From assembly GCA_003144275.1 (NCBI GenBank), contig NJBF01000018.1, positions 30,001 to 62,000 of the forward strand: 32,000 bases of DNA. Direction: 5' to 3'. Shown here one piece after another: positions 28,355 to 32,000 of this stretch. The notes beneath the pieces were generated by a model. It saw nothing but the letters and a program-made list of their open reading frames with translations, did no database searches and was not told the DNA's origin. Made by a program: the position numbers and the translations under genes. Position 1 is the stretch's first letter. The number at the start of each line of letters is the position of its first letter. Origin of the DNA: Candidatus Heimdallarchaeota archaeon B3_Heim (GTDB taxonomy: Archaea > Asgardarchaeota > Heimdallarchaeia > Hodarchaeales > Hodarchaeaceae).

Positions 28355-30019
28355 TTATAATAATCCTTTATACCACTCTAAGTTATCTTTTTGATTTCTG
28401 TAGATTTCGCTAGTAATTAGTTTATGTTCAGGCGATTTGTTCATACATATTGCTAGAAGCTTTTTATTTAAAGATTGAAAATTTGTTTTTCTGGTTAATT
28501 TCACCTTATTCTCTTTCAAATAGTTCGTGATATTCCAACAACACCGATGGACAAGGAATGTATCCTTGGAGAGAACCCAAACCATTTCATTTTCAAAGTA
28601 TACAGTTTCTGCATATTTACACATTAATTTAAACGTATTCTTCCAAAAATCGTATATTTTAATATCTGAATATGATTGCATTGCACTTTCTAATATAGCA
28701 ACCAAGGCACCCATTTTTCTCGTTGATTGAACACTCTGTACGTTTCCCTCTTTCTGTTCTAGAGACGTTAATTCAGTTGTATAATACATAAAATCAATGA
28801 GGATTTTAAAAAAGATACCAAGATCAGTAATTTGCTTTTTTAAGAAGGAAGACTCCACTAGAGTGTAGAAATCCATTTCAAAATCTCTTTCTTTATTAAT
28901 AATATAATCTAATACATTATTTGTAGATAATCCTGAAAATTTCGGTAATGAGTACTTGACAATAGTTGATTTAAAGTAAAAAGGTAACTTGGTCTTCTTT
29001 CCATAAAGCTTCTCATCAGGAATAGGTTCATATAAAATCCATTGATTAATTCCATCTGGTGCTCTTTCTCTAAGGTTTACAACAATTTTTTCTTTTTTTC
29101 GGGGTAGAGCTTCAATTGAAATGAACTTCTGCCAGTTTAACTTGTTTTGGGAAAAGTATTGCTCGAATTTTGCCTCGTAAAACTCTGTCAATTGTGAAAA
29201 GAATTGGGGAGATCTGTCTTTGTATATCTTATATCGAGATTTGGAAATATTCTTTGGAGAATTCCAGATTATTATCCTTGAAAAATCATCTCTCATCCAA
29301 TCATGCATTTTATTTCTAAGAAACCAAGGAAAATAAGAATATGGAGCGATTCTTGCCCAGTACCTGGTTCTTTCATCCCATTTCTCTTCTCTATGTGCTT
29401 TTGTTAGGTAAGACACCCCAATTTCATCTAACCCCTGTTGGAAAATCTCATGGAACCCTTTCACAACAAAATCATATATTTTAAGGTTTTTTAGTTTCTT
29501 TTTTGAAGTGTTCAACTTCACTATGTATTGAGGGTAGCTATCTATTTCCATATAGAATGTGATAACAGAAATCGGTTCAATACCAAAAACTTCTAAATCA
29601 TAATAGTCACGCCAATCAAGATTATGAGTTGAAAACAAACGATTTAGATCATATAGGGTAAGAAAAAGAGCTCTTCCCAATGTTTGACGAACTATCCCAT
29701 TAACTCCCTTGTACTTAAAATTATTCGGAGATAAAAGGTAATCCCAGATAATCCCAACAATATTTGAGGTGGTTTTGACAATTTTGGGATAGATTTTCCT
29801 TATTGTCCCGTGACCTTCAAACGAGTAAACCCATACAGATTCTGAAGAGGAATTATATCTTATTTCTTGATTATTCAACCATTCATTTGCCCAAACCATT
29901 GAACCCTCGACAAGTTTCAGCCTTGATACCTTGAACGGCGGGGCTTTAATCATTTTAATTAGAAATCCAAATCGTTGTGGAATCTCCCAATTCTCTACTA
30001 AATTTTCATCGATACTCAT
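28355..30019 (-). CDS. Hypothetical soluble protein, about 554 aa
   Basis: Long intact ORF. The start is re-placed at ATG 30019 (MSIDENL...), which has a GAGGT RBS. The track's hydrophobic extension to 30139 overlaps the Cys-rich microprotein in another frame. Confidence 0.7.
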   Translation of the reverse strand: MSIDENLVENWEIPQRFGFLIKMIKAPPFKVSRLKLVEGSMVWANEWLNNQEIRYNSSSESVWVYSFEGHGTIRKIYPKIVKTTSNIVGIIWDYLLSPNNFKYKGVNGIVRQTLGRALFLTLYDLNRLFSTHNLDWRDYYDLEVFGIEPISVITFYMEIDSYPQYIVKLNTSKKKLKNLKIYDFVVKGFHEIFQQGLDEIGVSYLTKAHREEKWDERTRYWARIAPYSYFPWFLRNKMHDWMRDDFSRIIIWNSPKNISKSRYKIYKDRSPQFFSQLTEFYEAKFEQYFSQNKLNWQKFISIEALPRKKEKIVVNLRERAPDGINQWILYEPIPDEKLYGKKTKLPFYFKSTIVKYSLPKFSGLSTNNVLDYIINKERDFEMDFYTLVESSFLKKQITDLGIFFKILIDFMYYTTELTSLEQKEGNVQSVQSTRKMGALVAILESAMQSYSDIKIYDFWKNTFKLMCKYAETVYFENEMVWVLSKDTFLVHRCCWNITNYLKENKVKLTRKTNFQSLNKKLLAICMNKSPEHKLITSEIYRNQKDNLEWYKGLL

Positions 30020-30038
30020 TGACCTCTCTACTCCCATT

Positions 30039-30176
30039 TCAATCGAATGGATCACGATTCTCAAGTTCAAAATCACGACAAGAATCACATAAATCAATAA
30101 TATCGAGACCTTGACAGCTACAATAAAGGCCATCAACAAGATGGTTACAGATGCCTTGACATTCTGAACAATTCAT
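30039..30176 (-). CDS. 45-aa Cys/His-rich putative metal-binding microprotein
   Basis: MNCSECQGICNHLVDGLYCSCQGLDIIDLCDSCRDFELENRDPFD*: 7 Cys and 1 His. ATG start; the stop lies 19 bp before the next gene's ATG. Confidence 0.55.
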   Translation of the reverse strand: MNCSECQGICNHLVDGLYCSCQGLDIIDLCDSCRDFELENRDPFD

Positions 30177-30393
30177 GACAAATAAAGAAATATACTAGCA
30201 TATGATCTTTCTGGAATGGGAATCTCTATTGAAAACTCGAAACAATAAAGCTATACTCTTTGGTGGTTTAGGAGAATATTTTCAGAAAAATTATCCAAAA
30301 ACTACAATGAAAATTTTTGCCATGTAAAACTACATGGTATTTTGATCATATAACCAACGTTATACGACATTTCATTAACATCGCCAAACCGTT

Positions 30394-30405
30394 CAGTACT
30401 TCGTA
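30394..30405. repeat. Left terminal inverted repeat of the IS
   Basis: cagtacttcgta, the reverse complement of 31662-31673. Confidence 0.92.
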
Positions 30406-30482
30406 ACTATGGGAGAGGGTGAGTCTAATGAAATCTCGAAGGGGAAAGACTTAAATGTGGAGAAAAGTGATTAGCAGTTATC

Positions 30483-31661
30483 ATGACCAAAATCAAACTA
30501 CCTCGCTTTCCTCCACGAAAAGCTAGAAAAACTCCGACCCTTATAAATTTTATGGTACGCTGGTTAGACAAATTTCAATTCTTATCCAACCCAGTCCCAA
30601 CTAGATCTCCTTTCAATTTGAAAACACGTCTGAAATTGCTTTTGCTTGCAGCTATAGATCGGACTTCTATTTCTCGGAAAGCTCGAGATCTGAGAGAACA
30701 ACATCTCTCAATTCCCTCTGGGGAAGCTACCTTAGTTTGGTTAAAAACTAATTCTGTTGATGATATTGCGACCTCACAGCAAGTTGGCTTTCTGCAATTT
30801 CTAAATAGCCTTCCCGAGAGTTTTCAACGTGCTCGAAAGCGCGGGATGTTACTCGCGATTGATTTTCATCTGGATCCTAATTATGCTAAAACTTTATCCT
30901 CGTATATTCGCAAGGGGAAGCGGAAAGCCAGTACTTCCCAGTTTTATCAATTCTTTAGTGTTATTTGGGTAAATGCGCCCGAACCGATTACGTTAGGTGT
31001 CCAATTAATCCCCACAGAGTACTCAACTCTTCAAAGAGTCCAAGCCCTCTTGAGTCCTTTAATCACTCACGAACGAGTTATTGGGATACTAGGGGATGGA
31101 GATTTTTATAATTATGACTTGGTTGAATGGTTCCTTCAGAAACAGGTCCTCTTTATTATTCGAGGGCGTGTCAATACGGGCGTCAAACCTCTAGTTCAGA
31201 AATACCAAGATGAGCTCCTTCACAAAGGAGATACGACAATTGTGGAGTATCGACTGAATAAAGGTCATACGGGAAGAAAAATTCCCGTTAAGCTCGTTCT
31301 CTCTCAAGAAGGTGATCGAGTTGTCGCTCTTGTTGTTCCTCCCACCTGTCAACTCTCAGGAAAAGAGATAACATCCCTCTATCGTAACCGATTTATGATT
31401 GAAACCTATTACAGACAGATGCATCGCTTCCAGATGTTTAGTTGTTCCCAACACCCAGTAGTCCGATATGTTATTGTTCTCGTCGCATTTTGGTTATGCA
31501 ATTTCTGGGCCTATTTCAAAGCACCCCTTAATTTCTTAAAACCGACTAGTCGGAGGTGTCGGGTAGATTTTGTCTATACAGCTAATGATTTCTGTGAATT
31601 CCTCCTAACCTCGTGGCATTGGGCGCTTTTTAGGGGCCAGGAGATGTTTTCGAGGAGGTGA
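30483..31661 (+). CDS. DDE transposase (ISH3 / IS4-superfamily)
   Basis: LLAIDFH (D1), ILGDGDFY (D2), YRNRFMIETYYR (YREK-like, E); N-terminal LLLAA..RTSIS. The stop abuts the right TIR. Confidence 0.92.
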   Translation: MTKIKLPRFPPRKARKTPTLINFMVRWLDKFQFLSNPVPTRSPFNLKTRLKLLLLAAIDRTSISRKARDLREQHLSIPSGEATLVWLKTNSVDDIATSQQVGFLQFLNSLPESFQRARKRGMLLAIDFHLDPNYAKTLSSYIRKGKRKASTSQFYQFFSVIWVNAPEPITLGVQLIPTEYSTLQRVQALLSPLITHERVIGILGDGDFYNYDLVEWFLQKQVLFIIRGRVNTGVKPLVQKYQDELLHKGDTTIVEYRLNKGHTGRKIPVKLVLSQEGDRVVALVVPPTCQLSGKEITSLYRNRFMIETYYRQMHRFQMFSCSQHPVVRYVIVLVAFWLCNFWAYFKAPLNFLKPTSRRCRVDFVYTANDFCEFLLTSWHWALFRGQEMFSRR

Positions 31662-31673
31662 TACGAAGTACTG
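31662..31673. repeat. Right terminal inverted repeat of the IS
   Basis: tacgaagtactg followed by the TSD cgtt. Confidence 0.92.
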
Positions 31674-31774
31674 CGTTGTTTGACGAAGTACTTAATTGTG
31701 ACAAAAAGTGAAAATTTAAATGAAGGAAAAATGAAACAAATCTATGTTCGAATTTTCGCTGTCTCTGGTGAAAA

Positions 31775-32000
31775 ATGTTGAAACAATTAAGCGAACCAAA
31801 TAATAGAAAATTTGGGTTTAACGGAAGAATACCGTGTATTTCATGTCTTGGCATGATTATTCTTCTAATTTCACTAGGTGGTTGTAGTAACAAAATATCA
31901 AAAACGCATTCACACCTTCTCTTTGATGAGAATCCTGTTAGATTTCAAGTAGCAAATTCAAATTTAGTAGTAACTGATGCGTATGTAATATATGATACTG
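31775..32000 (+). CDS. Partial exported or lipoprotein-like protein (runs off the window end)
   Basis: Not in the track. GGTGA RBS and ATG 31775 give MLKQLSEPNNRKFGFNGRIPCISCLGMIILLISLGGCSNKISK..., open for 75 codons to the window edge. Confidence 0.5.
   Translation, partial: MLKQLSEPNNRKFGFNGRIPCISCLGMIILLISLGGCSNKISKTHSHLLFDENPVRFQVANSNLVVTDAYVIYDT

Larger units (their letters stand above)
30394..31673 (+). mobile_element. Complete ISH3-family-like insertion sequence, 1280 bp
   Basis: Perfect 12-bp TIRs CAGTACTTCGTA (30394-30405; inverted at 31662-31673), a 4-bp target duplication CGTT (30390-30393 and 31674-31677), and a single DDE transposase. Confidence 0.92.

Noticed and set aside
763-28730. 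Numerous 60-150-aa track ORFs nested in or antisense to longer genes (e.g. 763..975, 2658..2867, 8222..8500, 10433..10759, 14628..15089, 22215..22535, 23097..23390, 28066..28341)
   Set aside because: They lie wholly or almost wholly within well-supported CDSs and show no motifs of their own.
30020-30139. Hydrophobic N-terminal TM segment of the track's 594-aa ORF
   Set aside because: It has a TTG start without an RBS and overlaps a more convincing Cys-rich ORF. An RBS-supported ATG exists at 30019.
31630-31893. Track ORF of 87 aa on the - strand
   Set aside because: It crosses the IS right end and is antisense to both the transposase and the RBS-supported 31775 ORF.

Overview
AT-rich archaeal DNA. 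The inferred source is an Asgard (Heimdallarchaeia-like) genome, based on GGTGA/GAGGTG ribosome-binding sites, an ISH3-type IS, the style of the TPR protein and several C-terminally anchored surface proteins. This is not proven by any marker gene. 1-9.5 kb: ordinary accessory genes (PadR -> HAAS/RDD membrane protein -> partial ABC permease, TPR protein, membrane protein, nitroreductase, amidohydrolase, secreted M1 aminopeptidase). 9.5-12 kb: a putative stand-alone PolB-type 3'-5' exonuclease facing a DUF4145/HEPN protein. 7.5-21.2 kb: five predicted surface proteins, all on the minus strand, including a 14-repeat LVIVD protein and a NosD-type beta-helix protein. An ICMT-family gene broken by one nonsense codon and a VOC protein lie among them. 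20.3-30.2 kb: a minus-strand block of unannotated genes and the best candidate for an undescribed system (a possible defence island). In transcription order it holds a 45-aa Cys-rich microprotein (missed by the ORF track), a ~554-aa orphan, a HEAT-like/Zn-ribbon protein, a 1239-aa protein with a C-terminal PD-(D/E)XK nuclease, a helical solenoid and a start-less phospholipase-D (HKD) remnant (also missed by the track). A complete 1280-bp ISH3-like element with 12-bp TIRs and a 4-bp target duplication flanks the block. No rRNA, tRNA or CRISPR array was seen. All family calls are by-eye motif recognition; no database search was run.
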